A stretch of DNA of 64,000 nucleotides, from NCBI GenBank assembly GCA_951406725.2, contig OX597821.1:106144001-106208000 (forward strand), given 5' to 3'. Below the pieces are notes generated by a model. That model made no database searches. It was not told the DNA's origin and saw only the letters and a program-made list of their open reading frames with translations. A program made the position numbers and the translations under genes. Below, one piece after another: positions 27,050-39,742 of the stretch; within the stretch, counting starts at the first letter, position 1; every line of letters begins with the position of its first letter. This stretch comes from Octopus vulgaris. Lineage: Eukaryota.

Positions 27050-28345
27050 CAGAATTGCCCGGCGATGCTCGGGGCTGAATTGCTTGAAAGTACTGTTAAT
27101 GATTGCACTGAATTATGATGATTATTCAGGCAAATATTGATATAAATTTACGGTGGGAGATAAGGACTTATCGATCAAACGTGTGCCATTGCATTGTTTT
27201 GGGGGAACCAAATTTCTAATGAGCATTATAGGGGCACCAACTTTAGGTTTGAGAATGTGTGGTGGTAGTCCGGGGGGCTCAAAGGAATTGAGTACCTCTA
27301 TTGGATAGTTGATGACGTCATCTGGGTCAGGAGTTGTATCGATAGACTTATATACATAGACATCCCCAGGAATGAGTTTTAGCATTTCATCATTAATATG
27401 GTGAACAGTTGTATTCCTCGGGGCCAGAATAGCCCTTTGGCCAATCCAATCCATATTCTGATAATTTGCTTGTAGATCTGGGAACACTGCATCTGTGAGA
27501 TCAGAAGGTGTTTTAACAATGGTACAAATGGAATCGATGGCAATATTACCATTTTCATCCCCTAGTATTTTGCCTTCGCCAAGTGCAAGGGGTGTGTGAG
27601 AAAATGCTGCTGATGTGATATTACGTCGCATATGAGCACGCATATTGGTGTGAAGTTTGAGAGTCTTCACCAGTGGCCACAATGTGGATAACTTAAGACA
27701 CGCACTTACTGCATCAGCTCTAGTCCCTTTGGGAATAACGGGAAGTGTTTGTCGGAAGTCCCCTGAAAGAAAAAGTGTTATGCCTCCCATGGGAGCTGAA
27801 GAGTGTTTGATGTCTCTGAGAGATCTATCTAGTGCCTCAAGAGCACCTCTGTGGGCCATCGTGCATTCATCCCAAACGATAAGCTTGCATCGTCTGAAGA
27901 CTTCTGCCTGATCGGAGCTGTTACTGATGTTGCAAGTTGGTGTCTCAGTCCTCGCTAAGTCAAGCGGAAGCTTGAAAGTGGAGTGAGCTGTCCAGCCGCC
28001 TGGCAAAAAAGTAGCCGCAATTCCAGATGATGCCACAGCTAGGGCAATGCCTTGTGTTCGCCTAATCTCAGTCAATATTAATTTGTTGACAAAATTTTTC
28101 CCAGTGCCCCCAGGAGCGTCCAGGAAAAAATCCTCCCAGCTTTGGCCCGGACTGAATTAACAACGGAGTTGTAAGCGAACTTCTGTTCTGGAAGGAGCTC
28201 TGGCTCATTGTCGGCTATGTACTCAGCAAGCTTGTCAACATTAAAACATGTCTCACGCAGCAAATGTAAAGACAGAGTGTTTGTGCCTTCCCGGTTTGTT
28301 GAAGGTAGGCCATAGACCGGCAAGGCACTACCGCCCATATCAAGT
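27046..28345 (-). mobile_element. Truncated Helitron: PIF1-family helicase pseudogene plus 3' hairpin and CTAA terminus
   Basis: ORFs 28078-28338 and 27122-28075 join through a frameshift at FFLDAPGGTGK (Walker A). They carry AVASSGIAA, GGWTAHSTFKLP, IVWDECTM, GDFRQTLPVI, RAILAPRN and CNGTRL. A GC hairpin at 27057-27075 precedes CTAA|T. Confidence 0.92.
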
Positions 28346-29204
28346 ACAGTATCTTCGAACGTAGTTTGTTACCACACAGCCACACCTGCCCCTATGTATG
28401 TGTGTGTGTGTGTGTGTGTGCGTGTGTGTGTGTATGGGTAGATATATTATGCATGTATATATGTGTACATAGTACATGTACATCTATATATATATACATC
28501 TACACATAAAATACAAAATACAAAGTTATATCTTGATATCGCTAGTGATAACAATACTCAACATATATAACAGACTGGAATTGTAGGCCCGTCTCTTGCA
28601 ATTTCGATCAATTGGATCTTATCCTCCCTCTTGTATAGAAGTGTACGGCTGCAGCGAAATTCATTTTTGGACTTTCTTCTATCGAAGGCATTTTAACAAA
28701 AATGCTTCCGTAAAGACGGTGAAAATATTGTCAATTTCCCCAAACAGGGACACAATTCAATTTTGAAACAATAACCAAAGCCCCTTCTCCGAAAGGGGGA
28801 GGGTTACGGTTTACAATTATTTAACAAATGCAACACAACAACGTTTATGTGAAACCACTTATTCAAGTTCAAGTCATTGATGCAATTTTATACGAATTGC
28901 TAATACACACACACACACATAATAAGAGTGAAAAATTGAATATTAATTTGATTAATATGAATTGAAAACCAGTGGTGTAGCATATAAGACCATAGCGGAT
29001 CTTCCTCTAGCAAAAAGAATGACCTCTATTAATGGCTCATCCCTGTTATACACGCACACACACACACACACACGCACACATACACACACATACACACCTT
29101 AGCTTGCAATTTTCTTTCAACAATTGACACTGTCATATATGTATATGTTTGCGTGTCTATGTGTGTAAAGAGGAAGTGGGAGTAATAGGCGGAGTAAAGC
29201 CTTT

Positions 29205-29695
29205 GAAGTGAGAGGGAAATCGTAAAATATTTAGTTTTCTCGAATTTTTGCATAATTTGGGGTGAAATTGAAAGAAATTTATATGCCATGACCGAATGGA
29301 TGTACTTGGAAAAATCATAGGTAAACTCCAATTGAAGAAATTGTGTGAGGAGTAAATCGTTATGTATTTATTTGTTTCTGCTTGCTCTGTATTTTTTTTT
29401 AGATATAAATACTTTCACTTTAATTGCTGCACACTTGCAAAGAGAAAGGAGGAGAAAGTGTAGTGGTAATGGAAGGAGTGAAGCACTTGAAATGAAAGAG
29501 GGAAATCGTAAAATATTGAGTTTTCTCGAATTTTTGCTTAATTGGGGGTGAAATTGAAAAAACTTTACATGCCATGACCCAATGGAATCTATTTGTAAAG
29601 ACCATAGGTAAATTACAATTGAAGAAATTCTATATTGTACAATTGTATAAAAAACGAACGGTTTGGGAGGCAGAGAAAATCTGCCTTTAATCATA

Positions 29696-29698
<3 letters not shown>
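29205..29698. repeat. Two diverged ~135-bp direct repeats ending in a hairpin (possible non-autonomous Helitron/Helentron-type element)
   Basis: gagggaaatcgtaaaatatt..caattgaagaaatt at ~29210 and ~29498; hairpin aggcaga/tctgcct near 29667-29686. Confidence 0.5.
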
Positions 29699-29751
<53 letters not shown>

Positions 29752-29759
29752 TGTATATG

Positions 29760-29975
29760 TATGTGTGTTTGTCTTTGTCCCCTCAACATCGCTTGACAAC
29801 CGATGCTGGTGTGTTTACGTCCCCGTAACTTAGCGGTTCGGCAACAGAGACAGATAGGATAAATATTAGGCTTACAAAGAGTAAGTCTTGGTTCGATTTG
29901 CTCGAGTAAAGGCGGTGCTCCAGCATGGCCACAGACAAATGACTGAAACAAGTAAAAAAGTAAAAGAGTAAGAGA
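29760..29975 (+). mobile_element. SINE family A, 3' half
   Basis: gcttgacaaccgatgctggtg..gactgaaacaagtaaaaaagtaaaagag. Confidence 0.8.
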
Positions 29976-31033
29976 GGGTCTTCGGAGTAAACCCTTTAAA
30001 CGCTGTCGTCTGCTTTAGCATTTGTTAGTGACACCCACACCCATTGCGTCTGTTTTGTTACACTTCTATCCTTGCAATCGCGACCAAAGGTACACTCATT
30101 GCGTTTTATAATGTCCAAGATTAATCCGAGTGGGGTCATCATTTTGCTGGTTCTCTTCACTAGGATTAGGTTGTGTATGCTCAAGACTTCTCCCGGTGCC
30201 TTGTGATTTACAAACAACATACGATAACAACAAAGATTTATAATACTTAAAAATCTACTCTCGCATTGCCTACGTGCATAGCATGGTGAAGAAAGGTATT
30301 GTATAGTCACCTACACGTTCTGTGTGTGTGCGCGAGTTTAGGTGGCCCAGGGCTATAGAGGAAGACACTCGCCCAAGGTGCCATACAGTGGCAGTGAACC
30401 TAGGATCATATGGTTGGGAAGCGGGCTTCCTACCGCACATCCATATCTGCCCCTTTGGAGAAATCAATTTATATCTTGTGTTTCAGTCACCATTTCTCTG
30501 GATTATTTTTCTCCGTTAGATTTATTTTCATAGAATCCCATTTAGCTTACAAAATCTTTCATTTCCTTCTTACTTTCATTTTCTATTTCTCTTTCAACAT
30601 TATTTATAAATCTCTTCAAATCAAAATGAAAAAAAAAAATCATCACTCTCTACTTCATTGTTACGTTACTGTTCTCTATCTCATTCTCTCTCTCTCTCTC
30701 TCGGTCTTTCTCTCTCTCTCTCTCTCTCGCTCTCTATCCCCACTCCCATTCATTCTCTTATTTCTTCAAAATCCAGATCTTCTATATTTTACCTTCGCTG
30801 CAATATGCAGTTATGCGCAGTTGTACTTGTCTCCTGAGAGGCTCCATAATTTGCTTTGAGATTTTTCAGCGCGCAAAACATCATTTCGATTTGTCTTTTT
30901 TAAATTTTATTGCAAAGATTATTGCAGATTATTAAAATCTTAATCAGTTTTAATTTACGTTTTTACTTCACGCCTAAATTAAAGTTTGTAGATAGATACA
31001 TACATAGATCCATGCATACATACATTTACGCTG

Positions 31034-31079
<46 letters not shown>

Positions 31080-31124
31080 TATAGTGAGAGAGAGAGAAAG
31101 TATATTCAAAGGTATAAAAATGTG

Positions 31125-31156
<32 letters not shown>

Positions 31157-31240
31157 CATATATATATGTATGTATATATATATGCATGTTTATATGTATA
31201 CATATATCTATCTATGTATCAATATATATGTCGATATATC

Positions 31241-31271
<31 letters not shown>

Positions 31272-31566
31272 CTATCTATATTGTTATGAGAAAATGGGGG
31301 TCGAATCAATTAATTATTAATAAATTCGACCAAGCAGTATTCGGTATGTAAAGACCATTTACGGTATATTTGAAGTATTAATTTATAAAAATATGGTAAA
31401 GTAAAAGAATTCACTTTACCACACACCGAACTTTTCCGAAATAGCAGCCAAAAACTTGGCTATTTCTTCAACTGCAAATAAAAGTCTCCAGACAATGTAT
31501 ACTCAGAAAAATAACTCACATAGGAAAAAGGGAAAAACAATGAAAGATCACATCCATATACGATAC

Positions 31567-31626
31567 CCGAGGACAGTCTGTTTCTGGATTTGTGGGTAAA
31601 ACGCCACTTTTCCTTCATCAGCTCAG
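31567..31626 (-). ncRNA. Type-I hammerhead ribozyme motif
   Basis: Minus strand: ctgag-CTGATGA-a-GGA..GTGG..CCAC..TCC-a-GAAAC-agact-GTC^ctcgg. Stem I is 5 bp with one G.U; stem III ACAG/CTGT; GUC triplet. Confidence 0.7.
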
Positions 31627-32206
31627 AGATTGCTTTTGATTTAGTTTTGAAAATACTAAGAATCAAACATACCCGTCCGATATCTGTAACATCGGACAAA
31701 CTATGCCAGACATCCAGTACTAGCGAATCCAAAAATACGAATGAGATCTATTATTCTCCCTGTCCGCCCACGTGAGTCATGCATATATAAATATATATGT
31801 GTTCATGTTTGCATGTGAATATATGATTCTGTATGCGTGAGAGAGAATGTCTGCACATGCCCTCGTTTCGTATCCCTTTTATTATGCCAACTCTTGTAAT
31901 GCTTGGGCATTCTTATCAAATATAAACATTATAGGTTCAAACATCAATATCACCACCACCAGCACTACCACCACCACCACCACCACTACCATAATCATCC
32001 TAATCATCATCGTCACCATTGCATGCTCGTTAAAGTGAGACTGGCGTAAAATATACGAAGCCCAGTATACCCATCATGACTTCCCGTCTGATAAGGGTAC
32101 ACCCGGCACATGCATCACGACAGTATGTGCACGGCGTGATGATCTCATATCAAGATAAGCAGTGCATGACCATGCAAAAGTTTTCACCCATTAAATAAGC
32201 TCATAC

Positions 32207-32257
<51 letters not shown>

Positions 32258-32325
32258 TAATAATAATAAAACAACTACTACTACTACTGCTACTACTACT
32301 GATACTACTACTGCTACTACTACTG

Positions 32326-32401
<76 letters not shown>

Positions 32402-32419
32402 TTATTATTATTATTATTA

Positions 32420-32880
32420 TTGAGTGAGCAGTTCATGCCATCAAAGTGACACTGAGGTAAAATATACGAAGCCCAATATACCCATCATGACTTCCCGTCT
32501 GATAAGGGTACACCCGGCACATGCATCACGACAGTATGTGCACGGCGTGATGATCTCATATCAAGATAAGCAGTGCATGACCTTGCAGGTGGGCCCAGTT
32601 AGAATTTTCTTCTGGTCGAGTAACCCATTCCGCTCAAAAGGCCCCTGAATAAGGGTTGTTTAAGGATGTTGAACGAAACACCCATGTTTCCAAAGTAGAA
32701 TTATCCAAACCCCCAAGAATCCCACTCAACACTGGCTATGATGCTCCCCCACTACATCTGCTCATGATCAGCGATGCACATATCCTCAGTGACTAAGGGA
32801 TAGGCTCAACTGGTTATGATCAAACAACTGACATGCAAATCTGTGGTATTGAACGGAATATTTGCTGTATATTTTTTTTA
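32420..32880 (-). mobile_element. LINE 3' UTR fragment, family E
   Basis: Homologous to 10988-11457; (TTA)n at its 3' end. Confidence 0.75.
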
Positions 32881-32957
32881 CAAGAAAGACGACATTGTAC
32901 ATTATAACACTTCCAATAATATTAATAATAATAATAATAATAATAATGATAATAATA

Positions 32958-33503
32958 TGATGCAGTACCAGGCAGTGGCTCTCATGGCTTCTGATCTTAA
33001 CTGATTGGAAGTGTTATCATGTACATTGTTTTGTCTTGGTATAAAAGATGGGCTACAGCAAATATTCTGCTCAATACCACAGATTTGCTTGTCAGTTGTT
33101 TGACCTTAACCAGTTGAGCATGTCCCTTAGTGGCTGACGATATGTGCATCTCTGATCACGAGCAGAAGTAGTGGGGGAGCATCATAGCCATGTGTTGAGA
33201 GGGATTCTTTGGGGTTTGAATAGTTCACCTCTGGAAACATGGGTGGTTCTTTCAACATCCTTAAACAACCCTTATTCAGGGACCTTTTGAGCGGGATGGG
33301 CTACTCAACCTGAAGAAAATTCTAACTGGGCCCCACCTGCAAGGTCATGTGCTGTTTATATTGATATGAGATCACCATGTCGCGCACATATGGTTGTGAT
33401 GCATGTGCCTGGTGTACCTTTATCAGATGGGTAGTCATGATGGGTATATTGGGCTTCGTATATTTTACCTCAGTGTCACTTTGATGGCATGAACTGCTCA
33501 CTC
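32958..33503 (+). mobile_element. LINE 3' UTR fragment, family E, with (TAA)n tail
   Basis: Longest copy; preceded and followed by (TAA)n. Confidence 0.75.
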
Positions 33504-33523
33504 AATAATAATAATAATAATAA

Positions 33524-33611
<88 letters not shown>

Positions 33612-33679
33612 CAGTAGTAGTAGCAGTAGTAGTATCAGTAGTAGTAGCAGTAGTAGTAGTAGTTGTTTTATTATTATTA

Positions 33680-33739
<60 letters not shown>

Positions 33740-33890
33740 GTATGAGCTTATTTAATGGGTGAAAACTTTTGACTTCATGTACATAGACAGCGGCACAAGA
33801 ACAGATTCGCTACTTAAATGTATGATAGCGACCCAGACTTAAGGTGGTGAACTGGCAGAATCGTTTGCACGCCTGCCGTCTGTGCCTTGT

Positions 33891-33924
<34 letters not shown>

Positions 33925-34454
33925 TATTTTTAATATTTAGCGTTGACTACTACAACTACTTCTACAAGTCTAGATTTGTTTGAATGACTTTAGCTTTTAC
34001 CATTATTTATAATATATTTCCTAAAGATTATTGTTAATGTACAGCAGGTGTTAGCATTAATGAGGAAAGTCACTTCTCTCCAAACATTCATAGTCATAAT
34101 GTTTTAGTGTAACTCGTTGCTTAGACTCAGTAGGGTCTCTTTCATAGACTCTCAACCGGTATATTTTAGAAACCTGAGGTGCATTCCAGACTTTGTATAA
34201 GAAACAGTAAAAATGCCATAGTTCATTTTAAGTTTAGTATATCGTTAGTACACCCTTAAGAATATGATCTGTCAACATTTTTTTTTAAATTTCAAATTGT
34301 AGCAGACTACTGAAACACACCCTACTAAACTACTTGTTACACCCTAGTAAATACTGCTTCTCAAAATCCCATGCTGGTAACTATCTACTTCACAGCCCGT
34401 ACACTCCAGATCTTGTTCCGGATCTTTTATGTTTGGTACCAATTGTAAATTTCT

Positions 34455-34665
34455 ATTTCTTTACTACCCACAGAAGGGACAAACAAGGACAGACACACGG
34501 ATTAAGTCGATTGCATCGACCGCAGTGCGTAACTGGCACTTAATTTATCGACCCTGAAAAATGAAAGGCAAAGTCGACCTCTGCGGAATTTGAACCCAGA
34601 ACGTAACGGCAGACGAAATACCGCTAGGCATTTCGCCCGGCGTGCTAACGTTTCTTCCAGCTCGC
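34455..34665 (-). mobile_element. SINE family B inserted beside a mariner fragment
   Basis: Family B reverse complement; the upstream frame reads HSPYTPDLVP (mariner motif). Confidence 0.7.
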
Positions 34666-35611
34666 TACCAATTGTTAATTTCTTTAATCATTTTTGGAAA
34701 TGATGTCATACTTTGCGTATTGGTGTAGTTTTGTAAAGTAATGATTGACAGGAAATTCCTTTTCATCATAAATCAATAAATAACGAGTTAATAACCTTTA
34801 TCTTTGCACATTTTTGATAATGTTAATAATCGAAAGCCATAGGACATATAGAATCCTGTTTCCAAAATAATAAGCCAAACTGCTTACTAGAGTTTCGTAT
34901 TTTTCGCTTATTAAATGCTTAAATTATATGCCTTATTCAGAGTGCTAAAAACAACAGCTAAATATGCCTTAAATCACGCACGAAAAGCTTATTCTATTTT
35001 ATCTGGGTGGGGGTGCATAATCATATGTGTCCCCGTGTGAAGAATGCGTTCCTCTAATTTTAGTTTTTTTTTCCAAACTGAATTTGAGATGGCATCCATG
35101 GAGCCTCCATGACGGGCTGGAGCACAACGTCAAATGCATTGAAATGAGAAGGTTCAGAGTTGTGTACGTTTACAAAATCAAATGTTGACAGCGAAAACGT
35201 TACAAACGTCGTAGTCTAGAAATGTAGAAATTAATGTTTAAATATAGATTTAAGTCATTCGCCTCTCCTCAGCCAACATATAAAAATTTGTCTATCCTCT
35301 ATATCACAAGTGAAATACCGGACATATTTTTCAGGCATACATTCATCATGTATGATAGAAACATCCATTTTGTTTCAACCACCACAGGAAGATGAAAATT
35401 ATGAAAGGAGTGCTTGAAACAAAGAGATGAATGTTTGAACAAATAAGCGGAAATGCCCCGGGCAGACAAATGGTGAACTATGCTTTTGAAAACCATTCAA
35501 ACCCTCATGCTATCTCAATGTATCAACCTATACAGGAGCACTGAGAAGTAACAATGGCAATAAGAATGAATGACAATATATATATGTATATATATATATA
35601 TAGTAGTAGTA

Positions 35612-35650
<39 letters not shown>

Positions 35651-35671
35651 TGAATGAGACCTCGATATTAA

Positions 35672-35718
<47 letters not shown>

Positions 35719-35761
35719 TAAATAAATGGAGTTGAACGCAGATTTTATTAAAATTCTTTTA

Positions 35762-35843
35762 CTTTCGACATATATTTCGAAGACAACATAGTATTATTCC
35801 AAAGGAATAAACAATGTAAAATGCAATCTTCTCATCAGGAAAG
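35762..35843 (-). ncRNA. Type-I hammerhead ribozyme motif, core intact
   Basis: Minus strand: ctttc-CTGATGA-GAAGA..TCTTC-GAAAT-atat-GTC^gaaag. Confidence 0.7.
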
Positions 35844-35873
35844 AAAGAGAGCCTATCTCAACAACAAGACATT

Positions 35874-35955
35874 CTTTCCTGATGTGAAGATTCCATTTTA
35901 CACGTTTATTCCTTTCGAATAAAACCAATGTCCTCTTCGAAACACATGTCGAAAG
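35874..35955 (+). ncRNA. Type-I hammerhead ribozyme motif with an A9>U core mutation
   Basis: ctttc-CTGATGT-GAAGA..TCTTC-GAAAC-acat-GTC^gaaag. Confidence 0.5.
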
Positions 35956-36149
35956 TAAAAGAATTTTAATAACATCTGCGTTTAACTCCGTTTATTTACT
36001 TATACTACACAAATTACTGCGCGTTAACCCGGAGTTTCTACCTTTGAATAGATCGCTTCATCCATGTTACTTGCGTGAATTTTGCTACCCTGGTAACTGT
36101 TTATTGAATTTTCTATGTTAACGGTAAACAAAGGATAATTCATTCATCC

Positions 36150-36225
<76 letters not shown>

Positions 36226-36611
36226 AATATCTCGCTTAGGCATAGCGAGGCTAAAAGCTTGGTGTAGAATTCAGTATACGAATAGTCCAGAAAACAATGT
36301 TTGATGAGCATCGAGTGGCAATAGGGACAAAGAGATAATAAAACCGACAAAGGTTATGCTATGAATATCATTAGCTTGCAGTTGTTTCTACTGTAAGTTA
36401 TGGTCTCTTAGTTGAGTGTCTGAGTAACATCATAAAGCTTTTTCGGAGCATTGAATATGAAATCAACTGTATTTGGCAAAATTACATTGTTAGAACATAC
36501 GGGCGTTAGGAGTGAAGAAGGTAATGTTGATGCCTGTTAAAAGATCTGTCCACGCATATGTACATACATATATACATACTTACATACACACATACATATA
36601 TACATATATTG

Positions 36612-36858
<247 letters not shown>

Positions 36859-38573
36859 ATGTTGCTCAGGATTTGGGAAAGTTTTCCGAGAGAAGGAAGT
36901 ATTTTTTCGTTTTCGAGTGAATCATTTTGTTATCCAGTTTTTTTCCGTCAGGCGCCAATTTTGTACAGAAGTGTCGCATTTGACGTGATCTCACTTCACT
37001 TGTGCCCAATTATTTTTCTTCTATCAGTGAACGCGAAGGAAGACAAGTTGAACACAAATCTTTCAGTTTTTGAACTCGGAACGTCGGTACACGGATGAGA
37101 ATAAGACTTGAAATGAAATTATTTCCGCAAGCTGTTGTTCATTATCACTCTACCACGTTTACATCGTTATCAAATGAGACTATTGTTATTCTGTTATCTT
37201 CCAAACCGTTCAAGTATTCACTGAATTAAGCAATCATTTGCTGTTCAAGATGTTTATTCGTGCACGAGAACACAATTTCAGCATCATTAATTCTCAAACG
37301 ACACATCAGTTCCCAGATAGCTTTGAGCAACACCATTACAACGTTTACACACGCTATCGCATTCGTTTTTCTCGGCAGCTGATCAAGATCTTCTTCATCA
37401 ACGTCGTGTGTGATATATTTGTAAAGTGTCTTGAATCTGTTGCTCCAGTCACAAATATTACATCTGCACAATAAAAATACTTTGCCTCTGACCTCAGAAG
37501 TATTTCCTGGGTGTCTCAATATGAAATAATTTAGATAAACGCGTTTAACTGTGAGATTCCATTGCTTGTATTTTATCATGATTGTTCTATCATAAAATAT
37601 GTACTTGATGCTACACCCCCACATAGACTTACTCGATTTTCTGTCGTCCACATCCCTGTCCCCCTTACCCTTGCATTCTCCTTGTTATCTTACCAAATTG
37701 GGTGTAACTTAGGGCTCATCAGTTATCTCTCAGACGATCTTACTATATTATGATTTATTCACTTATCACTTGTATTCTTCCGCTGATAAGATACAACACT
37801 CTCGTTTGCTCCTTCTACACTCAGACCTAATCTTCTCATTACATGGAACGGTGACAGGGAAAATAAGAGAATACACTAATATGAAGGCACATATAGTATG
37901 CATCAACGTAGTGTGGCTTCAAAGTACCTCATCCTAGTATATGGAGGACGGCGAATATATATTTTTAGCCATATCTGTCTATCGCTTTCTCATTTAATGA
38001 ATACCGAACAGTCAACTGCTTACGTGAATGACAACAACGATGAAAATTTCATCGTCTGCAAAATTAATTCAATGATTTAATAGATAGCTTAAGATAAATA
38101 AAAGAAAATACAGTTTCCATTCATATTTTCGTTTGCTATAAACACGTAATTCATTCGATAGAGGAGAAAATGACATTATTATTACTGGCGTGTAGTCAAA
38201 ATAGGAAATTTATATTAACTTTAGTGAGCTATCTTGCCAACAATGAGGTGAGTCTTTCTTAAAGACCGACCCACATTTTGCACGGAAAAGCTTTGCATAC
38301 TGGCTACTGTGAATGAGGTTTCTGGTAGGATATGTCTGAACAATTTTTGAAGATAGGATTTCATGTCAGGCAAAAACTCCGGCCGACACTGAAAATACCA
38401 TTTCAGGATGAAGATAAGAGTACGACGTGAAGTTACACTCGAGTAAATTTTCTAAAGGGAGATGAAGTTACACTGAAGTAAATTTCCTAAAGAAAAGCAA
38501 AGAGCTAACTAAATACGTAAACAGTGGTTCTTACTGCAATTTCGGGAGCATTGTATGACTTTGTGACATTGTA

Positions 38574-39742
38574 TCAGGTGGCAACGAAAGTTCTGTCCAT
38601 TTTTTAAGACCCATTAATCAATAAAAAGACAGCACCTGATTTATTTAATCGATAGTATAGTCACCATTCTTCTCTATGACCACTTTCCGCCTGTCAATGA
38701 GCTTTTTAATTCCACGTTCACAAAATGCCTCAGGTTTAGAAGTAAAAAAGGGAATTAACTAGTTTTCAACCTCTGCGCTTGAAGCAAGTCTTAACCTACT
38801 CAAATGATTTTTCAAACTTGTGAAGAGAAGGTAACCTGAAGGCTTTAGGTCCGGAGAATATGGTGGTTGATGCATAATTTCCCAAGTATATTTTTCTAGA
38901 TCGCTGGTCTTTTGTGCGGTGGGAAGTCATGCATTATCATGACGAAATATTACCCCTTAATGGTGCACGCTTTTGTTGCAAAGCTGCTTCTAAACATGTT
39001 AACTGTTGGTCGTATGCATTGATTGTTATGATTTGATTATTGTCAAACAGCTCGTGATGAATTGTTCCACGCATATCCTACCATATACTCAGAATAATCT
39101 TCCTTGGATACAGGCCCCTTCAAGGCTGCTAAAACTGGCTCTTCACTACGACTGAGCCACTGACATATTCGCTTAACATTATGGTAAAGTATCCGGTTTT
39201 CATCTCCAGTAAGGACTTCGTTAACAAAAATGCATTTCCAACTCACAAAGTCACAATGATCCACAGTAGTATACATATTGTTTGCGATTGTCTGTTGAGA
39301 GATCACGCAAGAACCATTTCCCAACATTGACGCTTTACCAAGCCTTTTCAATTCCCGGTGAATGGTGGCATGCTTAGTTCACGAACAGTGACTTCCACTG
39401 CTCAGGAATCAAATCCTGTTGAGTGCCATTCTCTTAATTCATTCTTCAGGCTATAGTCTCCTTTTCTGAATTGTGTAAACCATCTTCTGTATCTTCTTTT
39501 AGACACTACGCTATCACCATAAATGGTCTGGAGCGATTTTGCTGATACACTTGCACAAATCCCCTTTTGAAATTCACAAAGAATAACTTGACGAATATGT
39601 TCTTTGTTTGGCGTGAACATGAGGCCAATACAAAAACTTCAGTTTAAAAAATTAACAAAGAATGAAATAAAATGAAAGAAGTATTTCAAATAGAATTAAG
39701 AAGTTAAACACATATATATATCTAACTTTTGCTACAACCTGA
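38574..39742 (-). mobile_element. Near full-length degenerate mariner with imperfect TIRs and TA target duplication
   Basis: TA|tcaggtggcaacgaaagtt ... aacttttgctacaacctga|TA. Minus-strand fragments read EHIRQVILCEFQKG..YGDSVVS..RRWFTQFRKGDYSL and VLTGDENRILYHN. Confidence 0.85.

Larger units (their letters stand above)
35713..36004. mobile_element. Penelope-like inverted pseudo-LTR pair (~290-bp palindrome), one hammerhead motif per arm
   Basis: Arms ~35713-35845 and ~35872-36004 are reverse complements. Confidence 0.75.

Noticed and set aside
27122-28075. Host PIF1 helicase gene
   Set aside because: Frameshifted, truncated, intronless and attached to a Helitron 3' hairpin/CTRR end.
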